64,000 nucleotides of DNA from Octopus sinensis (lineage: Eukaryota): positions 19,778,001 through 19,842,000 of the forward strand of contig NC_043016.1 in the NCBI RefSeq assembly GCF_006345805.1, in the 5' to 3' direction. Each line of letters begins with the position of its first letter. Position 1 is the first letter of the stretch. Positions 1 through 13,997 of the stretch are shown here, piece after piece. Below the pieces are notes generated by a model. It saw only the letters and a list, made by a program, of their open reading frames with translations. It ran no database searches and had not been told where the DNA came from. Position numbers and translations under genes: made by a program.

Positions 1-298
1 CTGACAGCAACATTATTAGAATAAACCCACTAAACCATGCAATTTTCACCTGGCAACACCTCTCTACCCTCACTTTCCAACAATAATAATAACAATGGTT
101 TCAAATTTTGGCACAAGGCCAGCAGTTTTAGGAGAGGGTCAATTACATTGATCCCAGTGCTCCACTGATATTTACTTTATCAGCCCCCCCCCCCCCTCCC
201 CAAAAGGATGAAGGCAAAGTCGACCTTGCTGGCATTTGAACTCAGAATGTAAAGACAGACAAAAGCTGCAAAGTATTTGTCCAGCTTGCCACCTTAAT

Positions 299-527
299 AT
301 ATTTCTTTACTGCCCACAAAGGGCTAAACATAGAGGGGACAAACAAGGACAGACAAATGGATTAAGTCGATTACATCGACCCCAGTGCGTAACTGGTACT
401 TAATTTATCGACCCCGAAAGGATGAAAGGCAAAGTCGACCTCGGTGGAATTTGAACCCAGAATGTAACGGCAGACGAAATACGGCTACGCGTTTCGCCCG
501 GCCTGCTAACGTTTCTGCCAGCTCGCC
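299..527 (-). mobile_element. OK-type tRNA-derived SINE
   Basis: Reverse complement of the ggcgagctggcagaaacgttagc head (B-box-like gggttcaaattcc) through the gtaaagaaata tail. Confidence 0.85.
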
Positions 528-1645
528 ATAACAAACAAAACTTGCAGAGATTCTATTTGTATAGAGAAAATGTGCAAAAGGTAAATTATTTCAAGTGAAG
601 ATGAAAGTTATTTACAGAAACATGTTATGATATGTAGACATATTGACATAATTCTGTATGGAGGGAGAGTGGGCATACGAACCAATTTTTATTGTACTAG
701 TAGGATATATAATCAAATGAAAGGTGGGTTGCTGATGATATTGTTGCCAGCCTTGATTGATCAGTCCTATGATCAAAGGCATTTCAGCCATGACCATCCC
801 ATCTTTTATACATCTGTGATTAGAATGACGAATTTGACCTTCCTTTTTTTTAATCATTTTTTTTTAGCCAACATGGTGTGATTTCAGAGGAATTTGGCTG
901 CTATTTCTAGCAAATTAATTATTATATATCATAGAAATACACTATTTATTGGGTCAGCAGAATTGTTAGAGCATCTGGCAGAATGTCTGTCATCCTTCTG
1001 AGGTTGGTAAAATAGAGAACTAATCAAGTACAGGAGTTACTCTAATTAACCCACTCCACCTTTAAAATTTCTGGCCTTGAGCATATGTTAGAAATTTTTC
1101 TCTTAATACTTTTTGCTTCAAAATCAAATCCTGTTAGTCTACTTTGTCTTTGACCCTTCTGGAAACTGTCTATTTTAGCAAGGTACACTTCTCTTCAAAA
1201 TTGTGTGGTTTTGTGCCAAATTTGGAAATCATCTCATTACATGTTTTGTGGGGTTGTTTTTCTCCTGTCAATCAATTTTGTGGGTCTTCCATCCTTATTT
1301 GTTAACTTGTAGCCATGAAAGAATCTATTATTCAAGCTGGCAGAATCATTATAGCGCCAGAAAAAAAAAAGAAAAAAAAAAGCCTTGCAGTTTTTGTTCG
1401 GTCATGAGATCAAATCTCACTGAAGTCAGTTTTGCCTATCATTCCTCCTGGATGAATAAAATATGGTATGTTTCAGTCTAGTACTGGAAGCAATTGTATT
1501 AACTAACCTCCCCATTTCTAAATTCCTGGCTTAGAAACAATCATGATGATGATGGTGATGTAAAAGGAAAAATATTTAAGCTTAGAATTAAAACATTGAA
1601 GAAAAATTTTTATTTTATTTATTTTATTCTCAATCCCATAGTTAA

Positions 1646-1682
<37 letters not shown>

Positions 1683-1705
1683 CAAAATGAAAATGATGTG
1701 TCTCT

Positions 1706-1937
1706 TATTTCTTTATTGCCCACAAGAGACTAAACACAGAGGGGACAAACAAGGAAAGACAAAGGGATTAAGCGATTGCATCAACTCCAGTGCGTAACTG
1801 GTATTTAATTTATTGACCCCAAAAGGATGAAAGGCAAAGTCGACCTCAGTGGAATTTGAACTCGGAACGTTATGGCAGACGAACTACTGCTAAGCATTTC
1901 GCCTGGCATGCTAACATTTCTGCCAGCTCGCCGCCTT
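1706..1937 (-). mobile_element. OK-type SINE
   Basis: Same family as 299-527. Confidence 0.85.
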
Positions 1938-2709
1938 AGTCTTCTACTATGGCTTCAGGCTGACCAAAGCGTTGTGAATGGAAGTATTGGGGTCATTTTG
2001 TTCAATAAAACCCTTAAAGGCAATGTCCCAGCATAGCTGTAGTCCAGTGACTGAAATAAGTAAAAGATAAATGATGATAACTGTATACAAGCAAGTATGA
2101 TTTGATAACAAGTATCGTGATTTCACTAACTTTTTTTAAGTGTTTACATAGTTGTAAAAAGGCATACATACACTCTTGGCCTTCTCTCACTCATGACTAA
2201 GTGGAACATGTAATATGTACAGCTGAAGGGGGAGAATGAGAGTGAGAAAGGTGGGGGGTGAGCTAAACCAGCACTCAGTTTGATACTCAATTTCAGCTGA
2301 GCAGACTAAAATAACATGAAAGGAAGTGTCTTCTTCAATGTGCTGCCTGCCTAGTCCTTGGAAGACGATAATGTAATGGTTTAGAAATAGAGATAACTAC
2401 AAAATGAAGATTGTTAACAATCCTTATAACAGCAATATTTGTTCTGATAATGACCAAAGAAAAATTTAGCAGACACATATTATCATCACTCATTTAACGT
2501 CTGTTTTCTGTGTTGGTATGGTTTGGACAGTTTGACAGAGCTGAGTAAGCTGGAGGGCTGCACCGAGCTCCACTGTCAGCCTTGGCATGATTTCTACAGC
2601 TGGATGCCATTCCTAATGCCAACTACCTTACCGTGTGTTTTTGGTGCTTTTTTCACAGAGCATCTGGCTTGCAATCATGAGTTCTATATTTTAGAGATGA
2701 GGAATTAAG

Positions 2710-3168
2710 TACATTCTTTACATTTGATGGATATTTGTCCTCATCTTGTTTGTTGTTAACATGTTTTGGCTGATATACCCTCCAGCCTTCTTCATCAGGT
2801 GTCTCAGGAATGAGGACCTGGGTTCTCATTCCTAAGATATTTTTTGATGTTGTTGTTGTTGTTGTTGTTGATGCTGCTGCTGCTGTTGTTGTTGTTGTTG
2901 TTGTTCAGGTCATTGTCTGGAATCGAACTTGGAATCTTTGGGTTAAGAGCACAGGCTACTAGCCCCAAGATTCCGAGTTTGATTCCAGGCAATGACCTGA
3001 ATAATAATAATAATAATAACAACAACAACATCAAAAAATACCTTAGGAATGAGGACACAGGTTCGAAATTTCCCCAAGACACCTGATGAAGGCTGGAGAG
3101 TATATCAGCTGAAACGTGTTAACAACAAACAAGATGAGGACAAATATCCATCAAATGTAAATAACGTA
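2710..3168. mobile_element. Palindromic element: tRNA-like centre, (AAT/AAC)n, and hammerhead-like tails (Penelope-related?)
   Basis: 2717-2940 is largely the reverse complement of 2963-3161. CTGATGA-A-GGCTG...CAGCT-GAAAC lies at 3083-3115, with a decayed inverted copy at about 2758-2800. Confidence 0.65.
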
Positions 3169-3175
3169 AATAATT

Positions 3176-3478
3176 GCAATCATGAGGTTGTGAATTTGAT
3201 TCCCAGACCAGGCTGTGTGTTATGTTCTTGATCAAGACACTTTATTTCACGTTTCTCCACTTCACTCAGCTGTTGAAATGAGTTGTGATGTCACTGGTGC
3301 CAAGCTGAATCAGCCTTTGCCTTTCCCTTGGATAACATTGGTGGCATGGAGAGGGGAGGCTGGTATGCACAGGCGACTGCTGGTCTCTCACAAAACAACC
3401 TTGCTTGGACTTATGACACAGAGGGAACTTCCTAAGTACAATCCTATGGTCCCTTGTGACTGAAGGGGGTCTTTACCC
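3176..3478 (+). mobile_element. Third tRNA-SINE family (tail ...catgactgaagggggtct)
   Basis: Related copies at 13413-13748 (+), 35386-35562 (-) and 61185-61460 (+). Confidence 0.75.
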
Positions 3479-4442
3479 CATATAAATATAATCTCAGGAA
3501 CTATATAAACAAATCCTCAGGGTGTATACATATGCATAACATAGAGAAAATGGTACTACTTGGTACTGGTCATATATGGCATGGAATACTGCAAGTACAA
3601 CAGAAAGTATGAAACCAAAGCAAAATGCTTTACATACCTAAGGCTCACAAAACTGTCTGTTTGTTAGTGCAGTGGAAGTATGCAATTAAAATAGTTACTG
3701 AATGATGATGATGTTGTTGATGATGGTGGTAATGATGATGATTTGCAGTAGCAGTAGTTATTTTTAATTTAGTCATGAGACAAGCAATTTTAAGAGATCA
3801 TGATCAAGTACTTGACTGCTACTTGTTTTATTGACCCTGGAGAGATGACAGACAAATGTTGACTTCAGTGAGATTTGAACTCAAAATGTGAAGAGTTTGA
3901 AGAAATATAAGTCAGTGTTGAATGAAATAGCTTAGGGATCAATAAAATAAAGTACCTGTCTAGCATTGGAACTGGTGGTACCAACTAAACCTCCCCTTCT
4001 TCCTTAAAATTGCTACCCTTGTTCATAAATTAGAAACCATTATAGTTTTTATAAGGGTTCAAGAGATTGGGTAACATTACAAATCCAAAACACAAAGGAA
4101 AGTAACAAACATGAAACAGATGAGGCTGATTTACATTTAGTAAAAGGGTATGAGATAAACATTAACAATAAAAAAAAACATTGATATATAGATAATAAAT
4201 AGCAGCAAAAAAGTAATAATAATAATAATTGTTCCAAATTTCGGCACAAGACCAGTTTGGAGGAAGGGGAAGGTCTATTACATCAACTCCAGTACTCAAC
4301 TGGTACTTATTTGATTGACCCCGGAAGGATGAAAGGTAAAGTTAACCTCAGCTGAATTTGAACTCAAAACGACATAATCATGGACAATATGCTGCTCAGC
4401 ATTTTGCTTGGTGTGCTAATGATTCTGCTGGCTCACCACCTA

Positions 4443-4479
<37 letters not shown>

Positions 4480-5084
4480 GTTTCAAATGTTAGCACAAGG
4501 CCAGCAATTTTAGGGGAGGGAGAAAGTTGATTACATTGACATAACCCTGAGAGGATTAGAGTCAAATTCAACCATGGTGGAATCTGAATTCAGAAGAAAT
4601 GCTGCTAAGCATTCTGTCTGATGCACTAAGGATTCTGTCAGATTACTACTTTATTTCATAATAATAATAATAATAATAATAATAATTTTACATCCATTTT
4701 CCATACTGGCATGAGTTGGAAAGATCATCATGACTATTTATTTATTATTCAGAATTACTGCCATACTGGACAAGAGAGAGGGCTACATCTTACTTACATG
4801 TTACATTCTGGTATGAATTCTAGAGGTAGATGCCTGTTTTGAAACCCATCCCTAAAACTGAACTAATTATACTTAGCCCCTAAATTTGAACTGACTATAC
4901 TCCACCACTAAAGTTGATCTGGCTATACTTGACCCCCTAAAACTGAATTGGCTACACTCAGTCCTTAAAGATTTGCAATCTTGAGCCAATTATAAGAAAT
5001 GTTCTGGCTTTTTACATTCTAAGTTCAAATCCTGCTAATATTGGCTTAATCTTTCATTCTTCCAGGGTCAATTAAATAAAAGTA

Positions 5085-5412
5085 TTAGTTAATTACTGGT
5101 ATTGTATTGAGTCAAGTACATTAACATCAAAATAAAAATCAAATGGAAATTGTAGTTGTGATACCCATGCTGGTGGCACGTAAAAAGCACCAACCAATCG
5201 TGGCCTTTGCCAGCCTCCTCTTGTCCCTGTGCCAGTGGCACATAAAAAGCACCCACTACACTCACGGAGTGGTCAACGTTAGGAAGAGCATCCAGCTGTA
5301 GAAACACTGCCAGATTAGACTGGAGCCTAGTGCAGCCTCCTAGCTTCCCAAATCCCGGTCGAACTGTCCAACCCATGCTAGCATGGAAAACAGATGTTAA
5401 ACGATGATGATG
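5085..5412 (+). mobile_element. Short element carrying the RTE-type 3' tail
   Basis: ggaagagcatccagctgtagaaac...gcatggaaaacagatgttaaacgatgatgat. Further copies at 18578-18880 (-), 27911-28088 (+), 31705-32000 (-), 39825-40024 (+) and 42770-43010 (+). Confidence 0.75.
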
Positions 5413-6565
5413 GTTGGTATCACTGATTCTTCAATAGATCACCATCCAGAATAAAACAAAAAAATATTGTACCATTGTTATAGGAAATTGTTATCATTGC
5501 GGGTTTTGTTACTATTATGAAATTTTATTACTATTGTAAAGTAGGACATTTGTTTAAAATTTGGTGGAGAGTACAAACAACTAAAATGCTTTTATGCTAC
5601 GGTATCACTTTTGTTCCATTAACATTAGATTTCATGATAACCATTCTTCTTATAATATGCTTCCACTGTTGTTAGTGTCTTTTACAATGAGTGGGTGTTT
5701 TATATTTATTATGTATCAGTGGAAGGTTGCCCATTGTTCATTTTTTTTTGGGGGGGGGGGGGGTCCTGTTTAATTAGGTATTTGTATAATCTGCACAGTT
5801 TTTTTACCATCTCCATTTATAAATTTTTTATGGAATTTAATTTTGATGTCAACAATTTGTATGTTACAGGAATTTTTTTTTTTCCTCTCCCTTCATATCA
5901 TGCATATTTCTGTTAATAGAATTATGTCAATATGTCTGTATATCATAACATGTTTCTCAAAAAACTTTCATCTTCACTTGAAATAAATAATTTACATTTT
6001 GCATATTTTCTCTATACAAATAGTTAGAATCTTTGCAAGTTTTGTGGTAATCTGATGAGGTTTAAATTTGACAAGAATATCAATTCAAATTTTTAATAAA
6101 TATTTAAAATTTTTTTACCATTAACACAAAGGAAACAATACAGTTGATTAAGTTCACTTCAGTACGTGACTGGCATTTTATTTTCTGAAATGGAAAAGGT
6201 GAAATGTAATGTTGGCCCAGTCAAGATTTGAACTCAGAACATTAAAGACCATCATTTTGAGTGGTACTGTTAATGATTCTGCCAAACAACTACAGTAATG
6301 CTAATGGCTTCTTCAAATTGGTTTTGCAAATAAGCTTTAAAAGTAGAAACTGCAAACATATCATAAATCAATGTGTGAGTCTTTCAAGGGTACGTTGGTT
6401 TTGTTCATATTCTTTTTCACTGAAATATACGAGGGCCAGGTTCAATCTCATGTGTGGCATTTTAAGTGTTTTTACTGGAAGCTCAGGAAAAAACCTAGCT
6501 TAGTGAGTGGGAGACAGTGTAGAAGCCTAATGTGTGTGTATGTGTATATATATATATATATATAT

Positions 6566-6925
6566 CCTGGGTGTTTGGGCTAAATTTGATAATTTGCATA
6601 AAAAGAAAGAAAACACAATATTCCATCCAAGAATAAAGATATTTTTAAAAATCAGAAAATATCAGCTAAATTGTTGCTGGGGGATAACAATTTACTCAAA
6701 GTAGCCACACTCAGCTTCCACCTCAGATCCAAGACAGTTCTGGAACCTGTGCACGTGTTTCTCATTGTTCCTGGGAAGATCTCCATGGCCATCATCTTGG
6801 CCTTGGTGTTGCAGGAAGAGCTGTCATGTCTTTCTCAACTATACACCACAGGTAGTAATCCATGGGATTACAATCAGGGTAGTAACAAGGAGGCCAGAAA
6901 CTGGGTCTGGTGAAGTCATAGAAGT
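6566..6925 (-). pseudogene. 3' fragment of a maT/DD37D-like Tc1-mariner transposase with TIR
   Basis: Minus-strand translation gives FWPPCYYPDCNPMDYYLWCIVEKD and a C-terminal EVEAECGYFE*. The fragment ends at a (TA)n tract. Confidence 0.55.
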
Positions 6926-7765
6926 TTGAACTGATCTTGGAGGCCGATCACCAAACTATTGATGAACTTGTTGATATGATTGGTGTGTCCTGGAGCTCCT
7001 ACCTACAAATTTTGAGGTAGATATTGCTAATGAAAAGAGTTGCAGCGAAATTTGTGTCTTGCTTGCCCACAGAAGATCAAAAGCAGTCACGACTGAACAC
7101 ACGTCCTGAACTGAAAGAACAGTTGGAAGTTCATCTGAACCCTTTTTCAAAGGTCATCACTGGTGACGAATGCTGGTGCTACAACTACAACCTGGAACCA
7201 AAGCAGCAATCAAGTCAGTGGAAGCATTCAATGTCAAGACAATGCTGATTTGTTTCATCAATGTGAAAGGAATTGTCAACACAGAATTTATTCCTCCTGG
7301 TCAAACTGTTAACCAGACATTTTGCTTGGAAGTTCTGAAGCATTTGCGAGATGTGGTAAGATGTAAACATCCCAACCTGTGGCAAATTGGAGAGTGGTGG
7401 TTTCATCACAACAATGTGCCTGTACACACTGCCTTCACTGTGAGACAGTTTTAAACCAAAAATGGCATGACTCTGTCTACCTACCCTCCCTATTCACCCA
7501 ATCTTGCTCCCTCCAATTTGTTTTGTTCCCAAATGAAAAAAGTCCTGAAAGGAAAATGTTTCGCAGATTTAGAAGAGGTGAAGGAAAAAACGACAGAGGC
7601 ATTAAAAGGCATCACTTCGCAAGAGTTCCAGGATTGCTTAAAACTGTGGAAAACATGTCTGGACTGGTACATGGCTTCAAATGGAGAATACTTTGAAGGT
7701 GATAAACATGTAAACATGAATAATATAATATTGCAAAATACTAGTTTCTTTTGGGTATCCCCTCG
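6925..7765 (+). pseudogene. Decayed mariner transposase, catalytic half with 3' TIR
   Basis: Three overlapping ORFs carry KVITGDECW, HHNNVPVH, YSPNLAPSNLF and NGEYFEG motifs, with frameshifts and stops. Ends ...atcccctcg|TA. Confidence 0.85.
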
Positions 7766-8244
7766 TATGTATACACATGTATGCATATATATGTGTGTGT
7801 ATGTATTTAATTAATGCTCACTGTTTTATATGCTGTATATAATTTCATTTTAATGAAGAACTCAATTCATGTGTAGAAGCTAATTCTTATAATATTATTG
7901 TCAGTGACTTAATATAAGTTGTGTCTCATTCAAGCTGTGACACACCCAGTAAAACTTTCAAGCAACTATCGATAAAAATCATGGTGCATGTCATGTATAC
8001 CTTTGTCTTCATTTACGACTTCCACCTTTTTCTTTTAAACTTAGTTTCTTTTTTTTTCCATTGATTGTACGCAGTACTCAAGTGCATTTGAATTGATAAC
8101 ACATTCATGTCAACCATAAGGTTGTTGTGTAATATTTGATGTAATCAACTAGTCCCCTGCCCTAAAAAAAAAAAAGAATTTCACATCCTTTGCCGAAATT
8201 AGAAAGGATCATTATTATTATTGTTGTTGTTGTTATAATAATAA

Positions 8245-8700
8245 TCTGTGATATGCCATTTCACACAGATAGAGAAATTAAGGCCAACAGACCAGATATA
8301 GTTGTCAGAGATCATGAAGAAAAAAATTGCTTTCTAATTGATGCATCAATACCAGCAGATGACAACGTGTCTCTAAAAGAAATGGAGAAACTTTCAAAAT
8401 ACAAAGACCTGGAAACAGAGGTAACTTGAATGCGGAATCTAAAAACAGAAACGATCCCTATCATAGTAGGCGCATTGGGCATGATAAAAAAATATTCAGA
8501 CAAATACATAACAAAAACACCAGGACTTACAAACACATATAACATACAGAAAATTGTACTACTGGGCACTGCACACATCCTACGCAAAACACTTTCAATA
8601 CAGTAAACATCAGAGCACCACAACAAATCACAACACATACCCAAGGCACATAGAGCTGTGCTCGGTAGTGAAGTGAAAGCATACTATAAAAATAAAACTA

Positions 8701-8730
<30 letters not shown>
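8245..8730 (+). mobile_element. 5'-truncated R4/Dong-like non-LTR retrotransposon (restriction-like endonuclease C-terminus)
   Basis: RPDIVVRD...CFLIDASIP...KEMEKLSKYKDL...IPIIVGALG...LLGTAHILRK, followed by a short UTR and an (AAT)n tail. ATA repeats also lie at the 5' junction. Confidence 0.8.
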
Positions 8731-8731
<1 letters not shown>

Positions 8732-9519
8732 GATGTCACACAGTATACAATATCATGAGGTTGTTGATTGAAAATATTGCATCTACCGGGGGTTTGTACT
8801 GTTTGTCAAGTCACGACAAGGACCTCAGACAGACAGTACATTACATAATATGCATGTAGTTCCAATTAAAGCCTATTTTTGGAATGCACTTAGATTATAG
8901 GATATTTCTAAAGTTTTCAGATGTTTTTTTCAGATTAGGTGGTATTGAACCCCCTGTTCTGATGACAAAAAGAATAAACTTTGTTTGATTCTTGTAGCTG
9001 CCACATTTTAGTAATCTCAATTCTCAGGTCTCCATATTTATCAATCTTTTCTCTTTCTTTCATGATGATATGTCAATCTCCTGGCACTGCCGTGTCAATT
9101 ATACGCACTCTTGTTTGTCCCTCCTAAAGGTTACTATTATTGTTGCTGCTGTTGTTAGTGCTCTGGAAAAATTATTTTGTGGTATTTGTTCTGGCTCTTT
9201 TCATTCTGAGTTCAGATCTCACGAGAGTCAGTTTTGCCTTGTATCCTTTTGGTATTGGTAAAAATGAAGTAGTAGTCAAGCACTGGGGTTGATGTAATCA
9301 ATTCACCTACTCCTACTAAAATTGCAGGCCTTGTGCCAAAATTTGAGACTATTATTATCACCGTCACTGTCATTAATTCTTTGGTTGCTTTTGTTTTGTT
9401 AGTGTTTCTGACATATGTTTTCCTGGTGATGTCTCTCTGTATCTCTGTGTGTTGTTTGAGTGTGCCTACCTGTTTCTATTAAATAGTACATTGTTTTGCT
9501 ATCTTATTCATAGAGTAGT

Positions 9520-9594
<75 letters not shown>

Positions 9595-9596
9595 CT

Positions 9597-9649
<53 letters not shown>

Positions 9650-11092
9650 GACATATGTCATCATAATATTTGTCATTCTGTAATTCTGTGTCTTACTATT
9701 AGTTATTATTTAACCACTCCCCAGGTCAACCCTTAATGCAAGAGGCCTTTTCAGTTATGACCATCCCTTTTGGCATCTAGGACTACTGACGTTATCTAAT
9801 GTGTGTACTTTTCCTTATTAGGGAGGGGGAGGGGGGATTTGAGACAGACAGACAGACAGAAAGAGAAAGCTTTGGCTGCTATTACTAGTTGTTTGTTTTA
9901 GGTGTATTTATGTAACTGGACCAATTGTGGAAGCTTTATAAGCTGTCTCCAACTGTCTGAGATGTCTGCTTCCATTTTGTCTAGGTATTCAAGTGCAATT
10001 TCTATCCTAATTTTTCCATGATACAGTATTCATTTTTGTTTGTCTTGTGTCCCCACTTAATAATTTGTGCTGTTCTGCTCTTCACTCTTTTTTGTTTTTG
10101 TTTTGCTGTTGTTGTTGTTTTTAACTTGCATCAGCTTCTAATTTACTCAATTATAGCCATATGTCTTTTTACCTCCATGACACCTAGAAACGTTAACACA
10201 TCTTATTGCTAGCACTCATTACTAGGCTCTATAAGTTCAATCTTCATCTACCTTCTATTTTTTTTCCTTAGAGTCATGTCTGGGGGGGGGTTGTGGTGGT
10301 GGTGAGGGGGGTCTGTCCCCCTTCATCTTATATTTAAGACAGTGGGGTATGATTTAAGAATAAAGTTTTGTTGTTTTTTTTAATTATTGCTGCGGTGATG
10401 ATCAAAGCTGGTCCAGCCATGACCCTTTTTGTCTTTTCATAATATCTAGGATTACAGTAACTTAGTGTGTGTGTGTGTGTGCTTATATTTAAGGCAGTGG
10501 GATGTGATTTGAGGGAGATATAACTGCTATTTCTTGCAATTTGAGCAATCGCGCAAAGGTTCTTTCATTGGTCTGGTTGCTGATGTTGTTTGTCATTATT
10601 GCTGTTGTTGCACCTCAGGTCAATCTCATTGAGCAACTCTATGATGAAGCCCTTTTCAACCATGCCTATCACATTTTTTTTTTTATTGTGAGGACAATCA
10701 CTTGGGCAATTTTACCTCCTCCCTGACAATTGTCTAAGCTTTTCACCAATGTTAGAAAACAACAACAAAAAGCATCACTATTCTCTTTACTATTAATTTT
10801 GTAAAACTTTTTAGTTTATATTAATAATAGGTGCCAGCATGGCTGTGTGGTTAAGAAGCTTGCTTCCCAACCACATGGTTCAGGGTTCAGTCTGGGTTAT
10901 GCTACACTTTTGGCAAGTGTTATTTTTGCTATAGCTCTGAGCTGACCAAACCTTTGTGAGTCGATTGGAAACTGCCAAAAGCCCATCATGTCTATGTATG
11001 TGTGTATGAGTTGGTGTCTTCTTGTCTTGATATCATTAAGTTTAATTTACACGTGCAGAGTTGGCTGAAATCTATATGTTTATTCTGTATTA

Positions 11093-11728
11093 CAAGGGTC
11101 CCCAACCATTGGGCTACAGACCAGTACTGGACTGTGGATCATTTGGTTATCAAGTCACCTGGAAAGGATATAGTTTTAAATTTCATTTCTATTTTATTGA
11201 CTGTTGTAGTCTACAGGGTGTCTTTGCATTATATGTGTAATATATATGTATTACTCTTTTACTCTTTTACTTGTTTCAGTCATTTGACTGCGGCCATGCT
11301 GGAGCACCGCCTTTTTAGTACTTATTCTATCGGTCTCTTTTTGCCGAACCGCTAAGTGACGGGGACGTAAACACACCAGCATCGGTTGTCAAGCAATGCT
11401 AGGGGGACAAACACACACACACATATATATATATACATATATACGACAGGCTTCTTTCAGTTTCCGTCTACCAAATCCACTCACAAGGCATTGGTCGGCC
11501 CGGGGCTATAGCAGAAGACACTTGCCCAAGATGCCACGCAGTGGGACTGAACCCGCAACCATGTGGTTGGTTAGCAAGCTACTTACCACACAGCCACTCC
11601 TGCGTATTATATATATATAATGCACTTTATTGTGTTTTGTGATGCATGCGATCCACTGGTCTGTGGGAAAATTGTCTTATATGAAATTGGTTTGTGGTGC
11701 AAAAAAAAAGTAAGGTTGGAAACTGCTG
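11093..11728. mobile_element. hAT-type MITE interrupted by an OR-type SINE
   Basis: Ends caagggtccccaacc and aaggttggaaactgctg, with an imperfect 8-bp TSD (ctgtatta/ttgtagta). Confidence 0.5.
11252..11603 (-). mobile_element. OR-type (CORE-like) SINE
   Basis: Head gcaggagtggctgtgtggtaag, core cttgggcaagtgtcttct, internal (TA/CA)n and a (GTAAAAGA)n tail. Confidence 0.85.
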
Positions 11729-12440
11729 TTGTAGTACATTAGTGCATTTAAAAACAAACATTGCCAGTGCATCACTGATTGATTACTTTATGTCTAGCCT
11801 TCAGTTATAAGTTCACTTTTTGATGCACAATCTGTGTAACACTTACAGTTACACATTGTTGCAACTTTCATGTTGCCGGTTTTTTTTTTGGTTTTTTTTT
11901 TCTTCTCAGAAATAAACAGTATCAAATAACAAATTTGAAGGAAAAAAATAGTTCTTTGATGTTTCTATCTGTGTCTTAGATTACTATTTGGTGTAAGCAT
12001 TTCCAGTTGTTTCTGAAATAGCATAGAATAAGAAACTACAAGATTATATTTTGTTATATATATCATCGTAATTGTCATTTCACAAACTTTTTTTTTCTCA
12101 TACATGCATGGGTTGGATAGGTCTTTTCCAACCTGGTATGTCTTGTTATTATCCTTTGATACCATCTACATGAGGGATAGTCTTCTAAGATCAGCTTCAC
12201 CACTTCAACTAAGTGGTTGGTGGTTCAGTTTCACTGTGTGGTACTTTGGACAAATGTTTATAGCTCTAAAGCTACCAATTCTTTGTGAATCCCTTTCAGA
12301 AACAGAAACTGTGAGAAGCCTCTCGTGTGTGTGTGTGTACATTTTTGCATCTTGCTTGTCTATATATTTGCCTCATTGTAAATGAAGTCACCTCTCATTT
12401 GCTTGCAGTATTCTGCAGAAATATATCCAAATATGTCCAA

Positions 12441-12673
12441 GGCGGTGAGCTGGCAGAAATGTTAACACACCGGGTGAAATGCTTAGTGGTATTTCGTCTG
12501 TCTTTACATTCTGAGTTCAAATTCCGCCAAGGTCGACTTTGCCTTTCATCCTGTCGGAGTCGATAAATTAAGTACCAGTTATGCACTGGGGTTGATGTAA
12601 TCGACTTAATCCCTTTGTTTGTTCCTGTTTGTCCCCTCTATGTTTAATCCCTTGTGAGCAATAAAGAAATAAG
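12441..12673 (+). mobile_element. OK-type SINE with TSD
   Basis: Full length, flanked by a 12-bp direct repeat AAATATGTCCAA (12429-40 and 12674-85). Confidence 0.9.
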
Positions 12674-13412
12674 AAATATGTCCAAATATTGAACTGTTTG
12701 TTCTTCAGTGATCTATGGGGAATGTTACTGACTTGGAAACAGGTGTGGTTTGGAAACTTTTCCAAGCACACACCAGTTCCCATCCAACCAATGCAAGCAT
12801 GGAAAGCAGGCAATAATTATATGTGTTGTGTGTGCACATGTTTGTGTGTGTGTCTTAGAAAGACTTTTAGAATAAAATTACTCCTGCTGAGTTGGTGTAG
12901 CTGTTGTACAGAAAAAAGTGCACCAGTCATTCCACAATGTATTACCTAGGCATACGCACTGAATGAAGTGATGTAAATATTATCCATATTGTTCTGCAAG
13001 GTTTTTTTTTCTATAACAAGGTGTGTGTATGAATGTAGTTTTACATATATTTTTCGCACACACACATAAAGCACCTGGATGTTTTTGTCTGGCTGTGCAC
13101 TCTCTTATATTTGAAGACAATTATCCTCATATTTTTATAAATAATTTCTTAATATATAATTGGGCTGAGATATAATTAATGAAGTTGGAATTGGCTGACT
13201 CTCAAATTTTCTCAAACCTAATGAGCATCATAGATCCTTTTACTGCGATGCTGTTATTTATATTTGATGTATAATTCTCTTTATGCAAGACAAACCCATC
13301 CAAAATTATCATAATTGGACAGAAGCATTTTGAACATGTGCCACTGTAACTGTAGACCATTCTGATGACAGGGTTATGTGATTGCTATTTGCCTTTTTCC
13401 ACACAGGTGATA

Positions 13413-13748
13413 GTGGAGGTGTATTGCTCAGTACTTAGAGGGTCAAGCTCACAATTATGAAGTTGTGAGTTCAATTCCTTGACCAGGCTGTGAGTTGTGT
13501 TCTTGAGCAAGACACTTTATTTCACGTTGCTCCAGTTCACTCAGCTGTAGAAATGAGTTGCCAGGTCACTGGTCTCAAACTGTATCAGCCTTTGCATTCC
13601 CTTTGGATGACATCAGTGGCATGGAGAAGGGAAGCTGGTATGCATGGGCAACTGCTGGTCTTCCATAAACAACTTCACCCAGACTTATACCTCAGAGGGG
13701 AACTTACTAAGTGCAATCATATGGTCATTCATGACTGAAGGGGGTCTT
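13413..13748 (+). mobile_element. Third SINE family, full length
   Basis: tRNA-like head with B-box gagttcaattcc and the same body as 3176-3478. Confidence 0.75.
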
Positions 13749-13997
13749 TATACGGGTGATAAATTATTATCCTCATATTCTTAGGAAACTCTGCAAAGAT
13801 TCAGTTATATTGCTTTTTAAAAATTAGAGTTAATTTTTCTGATTTCAGTGTTTCAACATAGATATGATTTTTTGCATGTATTTTAATGTTAAGTATAAGC
13901 TAAAGCACCTTTTTTCGTAATGTTGTGCAGTCTCCTTTACTTATATCGATAATCACATTAAAAAGATTTGAAAAGCATCTCATTCATCTCCTTCATT

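Noticed and set aside
12441-12530. tRNA-like heads with A and B boxes in SINEs
   Set aside because: They continue into SINE bodies, have TSDs and lack a full cloverleaf, so they are not tRNA genes.
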